A DNA stretch of 52,575 nucleotides. It comes from Methanobacteriota archaeon. GTDB lineage: Archaea; Halobacteriota; Syntropharchaeia; JAUWIL01. Positions 42,865 through 52,575 of the stretch are shown one piece after another. The translations under genes were made by a program, and so were the position numbers. The first letter of the stretch is position 1. Every line of letters begins with the position of its first letter. Location of the stretch: contig JAUWIL010000001.1 in assembly GCA_030605385.1 (NCBI GenBank), forward strand, positions 1 to 52,575. The letters run 5' to 3'. The notes beneath the pieces were generated by a model. The model was not told the DNA's origin. It did not search any database and worked only from the letters and a program-made list of their open reading frames with translations.

Positions 42865-44076
42865 ATGCTGTTCACTGATTTCTTCTACACAATGAAAGAG
42901 TACGGCGTACCCATTACGACGCAGTATATCCTCGAATTTCGGGAGGCTGTGGAAAAGGGACTTGCCAGCAATCTGGAAGAGCTGTACCTGCTGCTCCGCC
43001 TCATATGCGTGAAGCGCATAGAACACATGGATAGCTTTGAAAGAGCGTTCGCAAAATACTTCTACAATCTGGAGCTGCCAGCACCCGAGGATACTACGAA
43101 CCTCGGCAAACTTCTCGAGAACAAGCCGTTTCAGGATTGGCTGAACCGGGAACTCAAGAAGGGCAACCTCACGTGGGAAGATATTCACTACAGGATGCCT
43201 CCAGATGAACTATTCAAGCGCTTCATCGAGACCGTGATGAAACAGATGGATGCGCATCACGGCGGTGATAAGTGGATCGGAACGAACGGAAGTTCGCCAT
43301 TCGGTCATTCCGGTACCAGTCCATACGGCATCCGCGTGTACGGAGATTCAGCCTATCAATCCGCAATAAAGATGATAGGTGAGAGGCGGTATGCAGATTA
43401 TTCAAGCAAGGCTGAACTGCGCGCAGAAAACGTGCGCCAGGTACTTGGAACCCTGAAGAATATGGTACCTGCAGGACCCGTGACTGAACTCGATCTGGAC
43501 GAGACCATATACCGCACCGCCCGCAACGGGGGTGAGATAGAGATGGTTTTCACGGGTGAACTGCGTGATAAAATCAAGGTAGCCCTGCTTATGGATAATG
43601 GCGGTTATTCGATGGACCCATATATGAGACTCATAAAGCTGGTTTTCTCAAAAACGGCAGACCGCTTCAAGGAGTTAAGCACATATTATTTCCACAACTG
43701 CATATATGGTACCGTGTTCACAGATGCCGCGCGGAGCAAGCCATATCCCATGGAGAAGTTTCTCACGCATAATGCCGAGACGCGCGTTATCATCATCGGC
43801 GATGCGTCAATGGCTCCCGAGGAGCTGATGATGCCAAACGGCGCGATAGATTATGGTGTTGATGACGGGGAGCCGGGACGGGTGTGGCTTGAGCGCATGC
43901 GGGATAGATTCAGGTACTGCGTGTGGCTCAACCCGAAACTAAAAGAAGATTGGTACATGACGCACGGCAGCCATACAATTGACATTATCGGCAGGATCAT
44001 ACATATGGAAGACCTCACTCTTGAGGGCATAAAGAACGCTGTAGAATATTTGAATGCCCAGAAGCAGGCGGTATGA
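42865..44076 (+). CDS. VWA domain-containing CoxE-like protein
   Basis: N-terminus MLFTDFFYTMKEYGVPITTQYILEF, typical of the CoxE-like family. C-terminal VWA-like region (LLMDNGGYSMDPY...IIIGDA). Canonical partner position after MoxR. Confidence 0.65.
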   Translation: MLFTDFFYTMKEYGVPITTQYILEFREAVEKGLASNLEELYLLLRLICVKRIEHMDSFERAFAKYFYNLELPAPEDTTNLGKLLENKPFQDWLNRELKKGNLTWEDIHYRMPPDELFKRFIETVMKQMDAHHGGDKWIGTNGSSPFGHSGTSPYGIRVYGDSAYQSAIKMIGERRYADYSSKAELRAENVRQVLGTLKNMVPAGPVTELDLDETIYRTARNGGEIEMVFTGELRDKIKVALLMDNGGYSMDPYMRLIKLVFSKTADRFKELSTYYFHNCIYGTVFTDAARSKPYPMEKFLTHNAETRVIIIGDASMAPEELMMPNGAIDYGVDDGEPGRVWLERMRDRFRYCVWLNPKLKEDWYMTHGSHTIDIIGRIIHMEDLTLEGIKNAVEYLNAQKQAV

Positions 44077-44275
44077 AGGGGGCTGTCTGCGCTGCTGTTG
44101 TTGTGTTATTGTTTGCGAATGGGAGTTTTAGATTTTGGCGTATAAGGTGCATGCAGTTCCGCCGTATATGTTATGTTCCATGTTAGATTAATTTTTTATA
44201 ACAATACAACCATGGGATTATACAGCATCAAACCAACTGGTGAAACGGTATTAAACAATCAATGAAATGCATTCG

Positions 44276-44360
44276 GTTAGTATCGGGTTGTTAGTATCGG
44301 GTTGTTAGTATCGGGTTGTTAGTAGTAATGAAAATCGGTTCCTGGTAATCGGTTCCTGGT
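44276..44360. repeat. Two adjacent tandem repeats: about 3.5 x 14 nt (GTTAGTATCGGGTT), then 2 x 14 nt (AATCGGTTCCTGGT)
   Basis: Read directly, upstream of the CorC/HlyC-family gene. Confidence 0.9.
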
Positions 44361-44397
44361 AATACAATGAACACCGCATTCGTGTGGGAAAACTGAG

Positions 44398-45693
44398 ATG
44401 AATATGGGGACTTTTGAATTAGTCGAGATAATTGCGCTGATAATACTTCTTGCTCTGTCTGCATTCTTCTCCAGCTCCGAGACTGCCTTCATCGGGCTGG
44501 GCAAACTGCGCCGTGCCAAGCTCGCCGAGAGCGGCAAGCCGCGGGCAATGACTGTCAAGCACTTACTTGAGTACCCCGACCGGCTGCTGGTAACAATACT
44601 CATCGGAAACAATGTTGTTAATGTTGCGGCTGCGGCAATTGCTACCTCACTGGCAATAGAGGTCTTCGGCAACACGGGCATAGGCATAGCCACCGGTGTG
44701 ATGACCTTTCTCATACTGATATTCGGCGAGATTGCACCAAAAGCGTATGCATCGAAAAATACCGAGAGACTTGCCCTATCCTTCGCCCCAATCATACGGT
44801 TTCTGGAGTGGGTGCTCTATCCGGTTGTTGTCGCCCTATCGCATATAATGGATGCTCTGTTCCGTGCTTTTGGCAGTGATGCTACAATCCAGCACGCCAT
44901 ATTCAGAAGTGATGAGGACTTTAAGGCTCTGATCGCTGTTGGCAGCGAAGAGGGTATCATCGAGGAAGATGAGAGGGAGATGATTCACAGTGTCATCGAG
45001 TTTGGCGATACTATCGCAAAAGAGGTTATGGTCCCGCGCATGGATGTGGTGAGTATCGAGGACAGCTCCACCATAAAGGATGTGCTGGAAGTTGCCACAG
45101 AAAGCAATTTCTCGCGCATACCTGTTTACAGAGAGAGTATGGATAATATTGTGGGTATACTGTACGTGAAGGATCTGCTTAAGCACCTGAAAGATGGTGA
45201 AGGGAACAAGATGGTGAGCGACATAATGAGAGAAGCCTACTATGTGCCTGATACCAAGAAGCTTGATGACCTGCTGCATGAACTCCAAGACCGGCGCATA
45301 CATATGGTTATAGTGCTCGATGAGTACGGCGGTACAGCCGGAATCGTTACCATTGAGGACCTGCTGGAGGAGATCGTGGGCGAGATATACGATGAATACG
45401 ACTCGCAGGCAGCTCCTGTAAAGATTGTTGGTGATAATGCCGCGATTGTGGATGCACGTACGCACATTGATGATGTTAACGAAGAGCTATGCATCGGACT
45501 TCACGAGGAAGAATCATTTGAGACAATCGGAGGGCTGGTGATAAGCCGCCTTGGTCGTACTGCGCGAGTCGGCGATGTCGTGGAAGAGAATGGTGTGCGA
45601 ATCGTTGTTGAGAAGGTTGCCCGCAACCGCATCCTCCACGTGCGCGTGGCATGGGGCGGGGACGTGTCCGAACACGGACCGCATAAAGGATAA
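44398..45693 (+). CDS. CNNM/HlyC/CorC family transporter (DUF21 plus CBS pair plus CorC_HlyC)
   Basis: N-terminal 4-TM DUF21 (FFSSSETAF), CBS pair (VMVPRMDV...), and a C-terminal transporter-associated domain. Confidence 0.8.
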   Translation: MNMGTFELVEIIALIILLALSAFFSSSETAFIGLGKLRRAKLAESGKPRAMTVKHLLEYPDRLLVTILIGNNVVNVAAAAIATSLAIEVFGNTGIGIATGVMTFLILIFGEIAPKAYASKNTERLALSFAPIIRFLEWVLYPVVVALSHIMDALFRAFGSDATIQHAIFRSDEDFKALIAVGSEEGIIEEDEREMIHSVIEFGDTIAKEVMVPRMDVVSIEDSSTIKDVLEVATESNFSRIPVYRESMDNIVGILYVKDLLKHLKDGEGNKMVSDIMREAYYVPDTKKLDDLLHELQDRRIHMVIVLDEYGGTAGIVTIEDLLEEIVGEIYDEYDSQAAPVKIVGDNAAIVDARTHIDDVNEELCIGLHEEESFETIGGLVISRLGRTARVGDVVEENGVRIVVEKVARNRILHVRVAWGGDVSEHGPHKG

Positions 45694-45714
45694 CTAATTT
45701 GGTGGTGTTCTACT

Positions 45715-46470
45715 TTGGGGCGTCTTGTTATTCTCGGCTCTGCAAGCTGCATTCCCCAGCGCAGCCGCTCAAGCACCGCGTTGCTGCTGGACGTGGATGA
45801 CGGTATATACCTCATGGACTGCGGCGGCTGCACGCCCCGCGATATCGTGCGCGCAGGTTATGAGCTGAAGGATATTGGTGCCATACTGCTGTCCCACACC
45901 CACGGAGACCATATCCTCGGCATGCCCGACCTCCTGATGAGTATGCACCTGCTCAAACGCGAAAGAGAATTGCAGATATTCGGTCCGGGCGGTACCGAAG
46001 ATACGATAATCAGCCTGTGTGAGATATCATACCATGGGTTCATGAAAAAAGATGACCTTTTCCGGATCGAGTTTAATGAGCTTGATGGTGAGCGGATAGA
46101 GTTTGACTCCAGTCTGGGCGCAGCAAGCGGAGACCACTCCGTACCCTCCTATGGCTTCAGGGTCGGAGACGTTGTGTATTCCGGCGATACCCGTCCCTGC
46201 GAGCGAATTACCGCACTGTCCCGTGGTGCAAGAGTTCTGGTGCACGAGGCATCTGTAACATCCGAGCTTGAGGAGCTGGCGAACCGGCACGGACACTGCA
46301 GCGCAAGACAGGCGGGCATGGTTGCGCGTGATGCTGGCGTCGAGATGTTGATTCTGGTTCACATTGAGAGCATGTACGAGGGGCGCGAGAAACTGCTGGC
46401 AGACGAGGCAGGCAGGGTTTTCCATGGTGAGGTATTGGTCGGGGCGGACCTTGTGAACATAAAGATTTAA
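45715..46470 (+). CDS. MBL-fold metallo-hydrolase, RNase Z/ElaC-like
   Basis: ILGSAS..P...R, MDCGG, LSHTHGDH. TTG start. Shorter than canonical RNase Z. Confidence 0.6.
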   Translation: MGRLVILGSASCIPQRSRSSTALLLDVDDGIYLMDCGGCTPRDIVRAGYELKDIGAILLSHTHGDHILGMPDLLMSMHLLKRERELQIFGPGGTEDTIISLCEISYHGFMKKDDLFRIEFNELDGERIEFDSSLGAASGDHSVPSYGFRVGDVVYSGDTRPCERITALSRGARVLVHEASVTSELEELANRHGHCSARQAGMVARDAGVEMLILVHIESMYEGREKLLADEAGRVFHGEVLVGADLVNIKI

Positions 46471-46639
46471 GCCAGAATGCGAATATTACGTTTTAACAAA
46501 AATCTTATAGCTTAGTTAGTTAAACCTGTAATAAAAGTCCAAAATAAAAATCCAAAGGCGATTTATGGGTGGACCGCTCCATCATTTACACGGTCCCCGA
46601 TTTAGTTCGTGCCTTAATTCCCACAGAAGGTGTCAGGTA

Positions 46640-47584
46640 ATGGTAGACGGTTTTGGAGGCGTTGAGAAGATCTGGATGAACGGCAAGATAATCGACTGGA
46701 ATGATGCCAAGGTCCATGTCCTATCACATGCACTTCACTACGGCTCCGGCGTCTTTGAAGGCATACGATGTTACAAGACCGATAAGGGCTCCTTCATATT
46801 CAGGCTGGATGAGCACATAAAGCGCATGTACAACTCAGCCAAACTATACCTGATGGAGATTCCCTTCGAGCCTCGGGAGATGAAAGATGCGGTTAAAGAC
46901 GTCATTCGCGCGAATAAGCTTGAAGCATGCTACATCCGCCCCCTGGCATTTTACGGCTACAGCACTCTTGGGGTGCATCCACGCCAATGTCCTGTCGAAT
47001 GTATCGTGGCTGCATGGCCGTGGGGCACTTACCTTGGAGAGGATGCGCTTGAGCAGGGCATAAGATGTACCTTCACCTCATGGGCAAAAATACATCCAAA
47101 AATGATGCCAGTATCTTCCGCAAAGGCTGTTGGGCAGTACCTCAACGCGATGTTGGCTGTGATGGATGCGCACAGCAAGGACTTTGATGAGGCAATCATG
47201 CTGGATAACTACGGCTATGTTTCCGAGGGGCCTGGCGAGAATATCTTCATAGTCCGCGATAATGTTCTATACACACCGGGACTCGAGTCATCCATACTGC
47301 CGGGAATAACCAGAGATGCCATCATAACAATCGCAAGTGACCTTGGCTACAAGGTATGCGAGAAAATCGTAACCCGCGAAGAGGTTATGAGCGCTGATGA
47401 GGCTTTCTTCAGCGGAACGGCTGCAGAGGTTACCCCTATACGCGAAACTGACGGGCGCATCATAGGGGAAGGGCGCAGAGGAGCTGTTACTACAGAGATA
47501 CAGCGCAAGTTCTTCGATATCGTGAATGCCCGCGACAATGCATACATGCACTGGCTGGAGCCGTGTACGATCGAGAAGAAGTAG
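46640..47584 (+). CDS. ilvE: Branched-chain amino acid aminotransferase
   Basis: Start set to MVDGFGGVEKIWMNGKIIDWNDAKVHV. Motifs: SHALHYGSGVFEGIR, PGITR, SGTAAEVTPI. Confidence 0.9.
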   Translation: MVDGFGGVEKIWMNGKIIDWNDAKVHVLSHALHYGSGVFEGIRCYKTDKGSFIFRLDEHIKRMYNSAKLYLMEIPFEPREMKDAVKDVIRANKLEACYIRPLAFYGYSTLGVHPRQCPVECIVAAWPWGTYLGEDALEQGIRCTFTSWAKIHPKMMPVSSAKAVGQYLNAMLAVMDAHSKDFDEAIMLDNYGYVSEGPGENIFIVRDNVLYTPGLESSILPGITRDAIITIASDLGYKVCEKIVTREEVMSADEAFFSGTAAEVTPIRETDGRIIGEGRRGAVTTEIQRKFFDIVNARDNAYMHWLEPCTIEKK

Positions 47585-47655
47585 GCTTTTTATTATGCCA
47601 ATAACGGCGAGTGGCAGCGGAGCATTCGCAGAGATATCCTGATTTGTTCAAGCAG

Positions 47656-48681
47656 CTACAGGCACCTTTCGAGCAGCTTTGCCACCGCGAATGCTGGAAA
47701 TACCTTTGAAATATCGGGATTGAACAGGTCCGATGCCGAAGCGCAGGGCAGCCCGATTCTTGCTGCTGCTTCGAGTGCTAAAAATTCCCCCTGACCTGCA
47801 GCAAATACCCTTTCAAGGGCATAATGATCTGAAATCTTCCTTATGGTACTGCTCAGTTCCTCTACCTGCACGTTATATATCTGCCTGGCAATGTCGAGTA
47901 TTCCATCATCTCCAAGTTCTTCCACATCACAGCACAGAACCCGCGCAATACGTTTCATCGCAGCCTCATGCGTTATGGCGTCGCTGAGTTTTTCATATGC
48001 ATAATGGTCTGGAGGCATGCACTGATAATCCTCAGCCGAAACTTTTTCGAGCAGCAGGTACACATCACCGGTGATGGCGAATGACTCAGATGCAATGCCG
48101 TACTCGGTACCGTATAGAATGACGCTCTTTGTCAGCGCAGCAACGTTGGTTCTAAGCACGCCGCGATACAGGAGCCGCCCCATCCCAAGTCGTTGGAAGT
48201 CTGTGACGAAACCGCCGGGCACCTCTCCGCTCACAATGGGTATTACATCTGTTGTGGTACTCCCCACGTCAACGAAGATTGCGTTGTCTGTCACATCCCC
48301 GGCGATCATACCGGCAGAGGCAAACCAGTTAACTGCCGAGAAGGAGAGCGTGTCAACCCTGACTTTATGCTTGAATTCGCCATCTGACCTGTAGAACGTG
48401 GGATTCGGAAATACCTTTTCGACCGTGTCCGCGATCTTTACAACGCCCTCGCTCTTGGAGCTGAATGAGTCTGCCTCTTCCCCTGTCATCACAACCCCCA
48501 CTCCCGCGATATCCCTCCATTCGCACCCGAGTGCATCAAGAGCGATGCTCCGCAGGCTCCCAAGACCGTCGACCAGAGAGGTATCGGTCCACAGCGGGTG
48601 GTGATACGATAATGCAACCCTTCCGTCAGAAGATGCCAGCTTGGTATTTGCGCCTCCAACATCCAGGCCGAGTGCTACCAA
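47656..48681 (-). CDS. Hydantoinase/oxoprolinase-like ASKHA ATPase (H4MPT-linked C1 transfer pathway protein family)
   Basis: LGLDVGGANTKLA phosphate-1 motif and VDVGSTTTDVIPI phosphate-2 motif. Confidence 0.65.
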   Translation of the reverse strand: MVALGLDVGGANTKLASSDGRVALSYHHPLWTDTSLVDGLGSLRSIALDALGCEWRDIAGVGVVMTGEEADSFSSKSEGVVKIADTVEKVFPNPTFYRSDGEFKHKVRVDTLSFSAVNWFASAGMIAGDVTDNAIFVDVGSTTTDVIPIVSGEVPGGFVTDFQRLGMGRLLYRGVLRTNVAALTKSVILYGTEYGIASESFAITGDVYLLLEKVSAEDYQCMPPDHYAYEKLSDAITHEAAMKRIARVLCCDVEELGDDGILDIARQIYNVQVEELSSTIRKISDHYALERVFAAGQGEFLALEAAARIGLPCASASDLFNPDISKVFPAFAVAKLLERCL

Positions 48682-48839
48682 ATCTAACCCACACCCCCAT
48701 CAAATCTAATCCACACTCACATCAAACCTAACCTACACCCAAACCAGTAATTGAACTTATAACATTATTGGCATTATCATTGGCATTATTAGCATTATTA
48801 TTGGCATTATCATTAACATTACTAGCATTATTATTGACA

Positions 48840-50042
48840 TTATAACATTATTAGCCCCAGAGCCATGGCGATGAGCGCGCCTGACATGGTTCCAAGGAGA
48901 TTGACTCCATTGTTGGTAAGAATGCCCTTCCGCTCCAGCGTCGCGCCCAACAGACTGTCAACATTGGTTCCCAAAAATCCACCGAGCACTACAAAGCACA
49001 GAACGAACGGATTGGATATTATGCCCATCAATACGGCAAGCAAGCCGATCAGGATAGATGACAGCAGTGCTGCGAATTCGCCAAGTGGCGAAATACCGCC
49101 GTCAGTTCCGGGCGGTACCTGTTCGAACGTCGTGATGAGGACTGTCCTTTTCCTGTATGTTTCCCCCACCTCAGTGGCCATCGTATCACCCGTTGCGGCG
49201 GCAACAGCCCCGAGATATCCTATCGTGAAAATCGGCATATGTAAAACCACCCCTGCAACAGCCGTTATCAAAGCGACCATTCCATTGCCAAAGACGTTGT
49301 GGTAGTTGCGCACACCCTCCTGGGCGATACCCAGAGACTGCTTGTAGCTATACTTGTATCTAGTTGAAGCTCCGCCCAGCACAAGGAATGTCATCATGAT
49401 AAAGAACCACCATATATTCTGGAATATGATTATTAGCAGCCCGAGTATGGCGCCGCTGAGCATCCCACTTATCTCAAGAACGCCTTCCCTGTAGGATATA
49501 TAACCTACGACCAGAACTATCGCAAGTACCAGCGCGGTATATTCAGCCGGAACTGTATAATTGAAGGTGCTGAATAGCCACATTAGCATCCCTGACCCGA
49601 TTATGACCATCATGTTGTCGTCTACCTGAAATGATACAAAGCTGAGGAGGGTGCCGCCGAGAGCGCCTATGACAACGAGCAGGAAGCAAAGTTCATAGTC
49701 CAGCGCCCCATAGATGTTGGTTCCTATTATCAGACATGATATGAAGGATACCAGTATTCCCGAGATAAGATACAACAGCGTTCCATTGAAGGTTTGAAGA
49801 CGCTCGAATTCATCCTGATATCCTATCTTTGTTGAGAATTTACCTGCGACGCAGATCATTACCGCGCCAGCCACAAGATAAAACGGCATGCCCAGAAACA
49901 TATTGAACATGAGCAATACGAGTGTTGAGAAAAAAAAGTGGAACATGCGCGGCATATCCTTGAACCCGAATATCCCGACAAGCGCGATATTAAGCGCTAA
50001 TAATACCCACAGCGCGTCCTCCAATACAGTTATCAAAGCCAA
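48840..50042 (-). CDS. Polytopic membrane protein with C-terminal DUF92 (TIGR00297) domain
   Basis: Ten or more hydrophobic segments. GTDGGISPLGEFAA and DSLLGATLE match DUF92 signatures. Confidence 0.6.
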   Translation of the reverse strand: MALITVLEDALWVLLALNIALVGIFGFKDMPRMFHFFFSTLVLLMFNMFLGMPFYLVAGAVMICVAGKFSTKIGYQDEFERLQTFNGTLLYLISGILVSFISCLIIGTNIYGALDYELCFLLVVIGALGGTLLSFVSFQVDDNMMVIIGSGMLMWLFSTFNYTVPAEYTALVLAIVLVVGYISYREGVLEISGMLSGAILGLLIIIFQNIWWFFIMMTFLVLGGASTRYKYSYKQSLGIAQEGVRNYHNVFGNGMVALITAVAGVVLHMPIFTIGYLGAVAAATGDTMATEVGETYRKRTVLITTFEQVPPGTDGGISPLGEFAALLSSILIGLLAVLMGIISNPFVLCFVVLGGFLGTNVDSLLGATLERKGILTNNGVNLLGTMSGALIAMALGLIML

Positions 50043-50187
50043 GTTTACCAGCTCCGTGCAAGTCTTCCCAGTTCAGTCCTTAAGGATTCCCAATTCCCTT
50101 CCCAATTCAGTACTTTATACTTCTACAATTACTTACTGCACCCACTTATATCCCATTTGCCTCTTTTCTCTTATATCCCCCTCTCTA

Positions 50188-51429
50188 TTACTTGAAGAAA
50201 TCAGCAAGCTTCCGCTGGGCAAGCAGGTCGGAAAAAATTCTGGAACTCGGATACCATTCTTTTCTGGGCGTATGGATGCGCAAAGCGGCATCTGAGAGGG
50301 CTTCCTCAACTGTCTCGAATATCAGCGGTCTGGAGTTCATCGTCATCCTCGCAACCTCCCGCACCACCCACACGCCTAGCGGCGCCCAGTAATCAGAGGT
50401 TATCTCGCGCAATGCCAGTATCATTGCCTGACGGTTCATTGTGCGCATATGTTCAAGTATACTCACACGGGCGGCATAATACCCACCTCCAAGCGGCGAG
50501 TAGCCGCGCTTTGCTATGTAAACTTCATGGTCAGCGCAGACCCATGAGCGTTCAGTATTGCCGGACCATGCGGAGCGCGGCATCCAGATCTCGATGAGTT
50601 CGAAGGCGAACTCCCTGGGAATGAGCAGTACCTCAAAATGATTGCCAAACCTCTCCCCCGAGTACAGCTGCACGGTGTCTATCACGGGAAGATCTCTAAC
50701 CCGTTCCTTGAGCTGCTTTCCGAGCATGTCATCCACGGCGGTAATCGACCATCTGGTTGGAACGAGCCTTCTGCGCCGCTTCTCTCCAAGCAGTCCCACC
50801 GATAACAGGCGAGTTATATGGTACGGGGATATGTCAGACGCGTGCAGTTCTTCTACCGCATTGTATGCCCTTGCATCCGTGTCACTCACAAGGCGGTCCA
50901 CTTTGCGCGGAACAGTCGGGTTCTCTGTGATGCGCATGCTCTTTATCTCGCCGGAAGGTGCCATGGGCATGAGCACCCCGTCAAAGCGCAGTTCTCCCTT
51001 GATGGGCCTCATGAACTTCATTTCGGTGTCCACAGGCATATCAGAAAGTGCTATTTCCTGCGTCTTCTCAAGGTTCCTGGTCGGCCATCTGGCATCCGTT
51101 ACCCTCATACCGCTTCTACCGCGCACAAGGGCGGTGCGGATGTTTATAATGTCCTGTATGCTCAAATCCAGCCATCTATCAGGCCGGTCGTATTTCAGTG
51201 CATCATCCATCTCCACAAGCGGCGGCACCATCGGGCCGGTTGATACCCTCGGATAATCGTGCGTACCCACAAAAACCGCCGGAGGAGAGGCGCCGAACAC
51301 GCTGTCTCCAAGCTCCCTTAAGCCGTGTGACTTCATGGACTCGAAACGGCTCAATATGGGGCAGTGGGGTCTACCGCACAACCCGCGCCCCTTGCATTCC
51401 ACACAGGATACTTTATTCTTCCAGCCCAT
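50188..51429 (-). CDS. nreA: DNA repair protein NreA
   Basis: N-terminal CVECKGRGLCGRPHCPIL zinc motif, the length, and a C-terminal PIP box. Confidence 0.75.
   Translation of the reverse strand: MGWKNKVSCVECKGRGLCGRPHCPILSRFESMKSHGLRELGDSVFGASPPAVFVGTHDYPRVSTGPMVPPLVEMDDALKYDRPDRWLDLSIQDIINIRTALVRGRSGMRVTDARWPTRNLEKTQEIALSDMPVDTEMKFMRPIKGELRFDGVLMPMAPSGEIKSMRITENPTVPRKVDRLVSDTDARAYNAVEELHASDISPYHITRLLSVGLLGEKRRRRLVPTRWSITAVDDMLGKQLKERVRDLPVIDTVQLYSGERFGNHFEVLLIPREFAFELIEIWMPRSAWSGNTERSWVCADHEVYIAKRGYSPLGGGYYAARVSILEHMRTMNRQAMILALREITSDYWAPLGVWVVREVARMTMNSRPLIFETVEEALSDAALRIHTPRKEWYPSSRIFSDLLAQRKLADFFK
50194..50217 (-). other. C-terminal PCNA-interacting peptide (PIP box) QRKLADFF
   Basis: Canonical QxxLxxFF one residue before the stop codon. 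Confidence 0.7.
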
Positions 51430-51592
51430 GGGTCAATTCTGCCCTCCCGATTTGATTAAAGCGTTTTGCAGTAGTGCTGTATTCATTATCTAATTATCTC
51501 AGACAGCAAGAGTATATCGGTGGGCGCCCACACTCGCTCTAACGTAGAGCATCACGTTTGGTGTGCGCTGATGTGCAGTTATCTGTACAACC

Positions 51593-51628
51593 GCAGTGTC
51601 CGTAGCAGTGTCCGTAGCAGTGTCCATA
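51593..51628. repeat. Tandem repeat, 3 x 12 nt (GCAGTGTCCGTA; the third copy has one mismatch)
   Basis: Read directly, in the divergent nreA / SCP2 spacer. Confidence 0.9.
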
Positions 51629-51728
51629 CAACATCTGGCGATAATAATCAAATGGATAATCGAATGGTAATAATTGAATGATAACATATATATCTTAGAT
51701 AATACCACATGATGCTGAGGTGAATATT

Positions 51729-52235
51729 ATGGGAATACCTTTTCCTTCAAAAGAGTGGATGTCAGCAGGCATGGAAGCTATAAATTCTAATGCAGAATAT
51801 GCAGAATCAGCCAAGAACTGGGAGGGAGACTTTCTGCTGGTGATTGAACCTGATGAAGAGCTACAGATGAAAATAGAAGCAGCTGAGAATGATCCTGAAC
51901 TCAAGAAGCTGAAGGATTCTATGTTGGCGGACCTGGGGTTCAGCGAAGATGACTTACAAACGACATATGCACACCTTGGCTTATTCCATGGTAAATGCAC
52001 TGCCTTGAACTTGCTGAGTGAGAGTGAGAAAGACAACGTGGAGGTAGCATACAAATTAAAGGGTCCATACGCATCATGGGAAGCTCTGGTTAAAGGCGAG
52101 ATAGGTGTGATAGCAGCGGTCATGCAGGGCAAGCTGGAACTCGAAGGTGATATGACCCAGATCGTTGCAGATGCAGATGCAGCCGTAAAGGTGATGGAAT
52201 CACTCCAGAAAGTCGAGACCGACTTCTTGTCATAA
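51729..52235 (+). CDS. SCP2 sterol-binding domain protein
   Basis: C-terminal AAVMQGKLELEGDMTQIV is the SCP2 hallmark. The ATG at 51729 is chosen inside the GTG-initiated ORF. Confidence 0.6.
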   Translation: MGIPFPSKEWMSAGMEAINSNAEYAESAKNWEGDFLLVIEPDEELQMKIEAAENDPELKKLKDSMLADLGFSEDDLQTTYAHLGLFHGKCTALNLLSESEKDNVEVAYKLKGPYASWEALVKGEIGVIAAVMQGKLELEGDMTQIVADADAAVKVMESLQKVETDFLS

Positions 52236-52380
52236 AAGTGAACGACAGACCAAGAATCAGACTGAGACTTATTAAGGTGCACTTGTCCTGCAAACGGAAC
52301 GTGGGCCAAGAGCGCCCCCATAATATTTGAATGGCATTTTTTCTTACGACGCGTGAGACGTTGCGAGTTCCAATTTGATT

Positions 52381-52575
52381 CTATGATTTTTCCAAAGCAG
52401 CCGCATCGATCATAGCCATTATCTGCCCGTCCTTGAATCCTCTCTGCTGCATGGCACCGCTCGGGCATGCGCTCACACAGGTGCCGCATCCCTTGCACAT
52501 AGCAGCGTTGACGCTGGCTGTGCGCATGCCGTCATCTTTAACATCCACGGTTATCGCAGAGTATGCGCACACGGG
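52381..52575 (-). CDS. C-terminal part of an iron-sulfur protein running off the window (HdrA-like 4Fe-4S tail)
   Basis: [15 protein letters not shown] cluster motif followed by GF.DGQI..MI. The 5' end lies beyond 52575. Confidence 0.4.
   Translation of the reverse strand, partial: PVCAYSAITVDVKDDGMRTASVNAAMCKGCGTCVSACPSGAMQQRGFKDGQIMAMIDAAALEKS

Noticed and set aside
51695-52498. 267-aa ORF on the minus strand
   Set aside because: It is antisense to the SCP2-domain gene and runs into the HdrA-like fragment in another frame. Its composition is Ser-rich with no motif.
1-52575. Integrase, transposase or cas genes that could account for the repeats or the island
   Set aside because: None of the ORFs in the six-frame track shows recombinase, DDE, Y1/HUH or Cas motifs that I can recognise. 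Any mobilising enzyme must be encoded elsewhere.

Overview
This is an archaeal chromosomal segment. Its gene content points to a methanogen or ANME-type euryarchaeon of Methanosarcinales style (inference): class I LysRS, Pus10/TrmY, RpoF, L21e, archaeal DnaG, GatD, CofE, NrpR, NreA, an HdrA-like fragment and H4MPT-linked genes. Most of the window is densely packed housekeeping genes. Four things stand out. (1) Two families of hairpin repeats sit in gene spacers, both solo and in head-to-tail arrays. Family A is a 50-52 nt double-hairpin unit CATGT-hp1-AYKGTT-hp2-AAA. Family B is a string of 25-27 nt hairpins with TCTTGCG...CGCGGGA feet. Stem sequences vary but stay complementary. One copy splits a UPF0175-type gene. 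Another sits between a Shine-Dalgarno (SD) site and its ATG. Removing the 400 nt at the largest array restores an ATGA-coupled dys-pyrF junction. Together these indicate a mobile, structure-selected element family with no transposase in the window. (2) An accessory island that looks AT-rich by eye (about 2.3-8.7 kb) carries RHH regulators, a TIR-like protein with a TM anchor, a four-gene minus-strand operon with two nuclease-fold proteins, a PIN module, a zinc-ribbon/AbrB toxin-antitoxin (TA) pair and gene fragments. (3) A stand-alone ubiquitin E2 (UBC)-like gene with an intact HPN...C motif lies upstream of a MoxR AAA+ / VWA(CoxE-like) pair. No E1, Ub-like or JAB gene is in the window. (4) Perfect 12-22 nt tandem duplications are unusually frequent in spacers and at gene ends. 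Also present are an intron-containing tRNA-Glu(CUC) and an MtdA-like dehydrogenase fused to an unknown N-terminal domain. All family names come from my own motif recognition. No database search was run.
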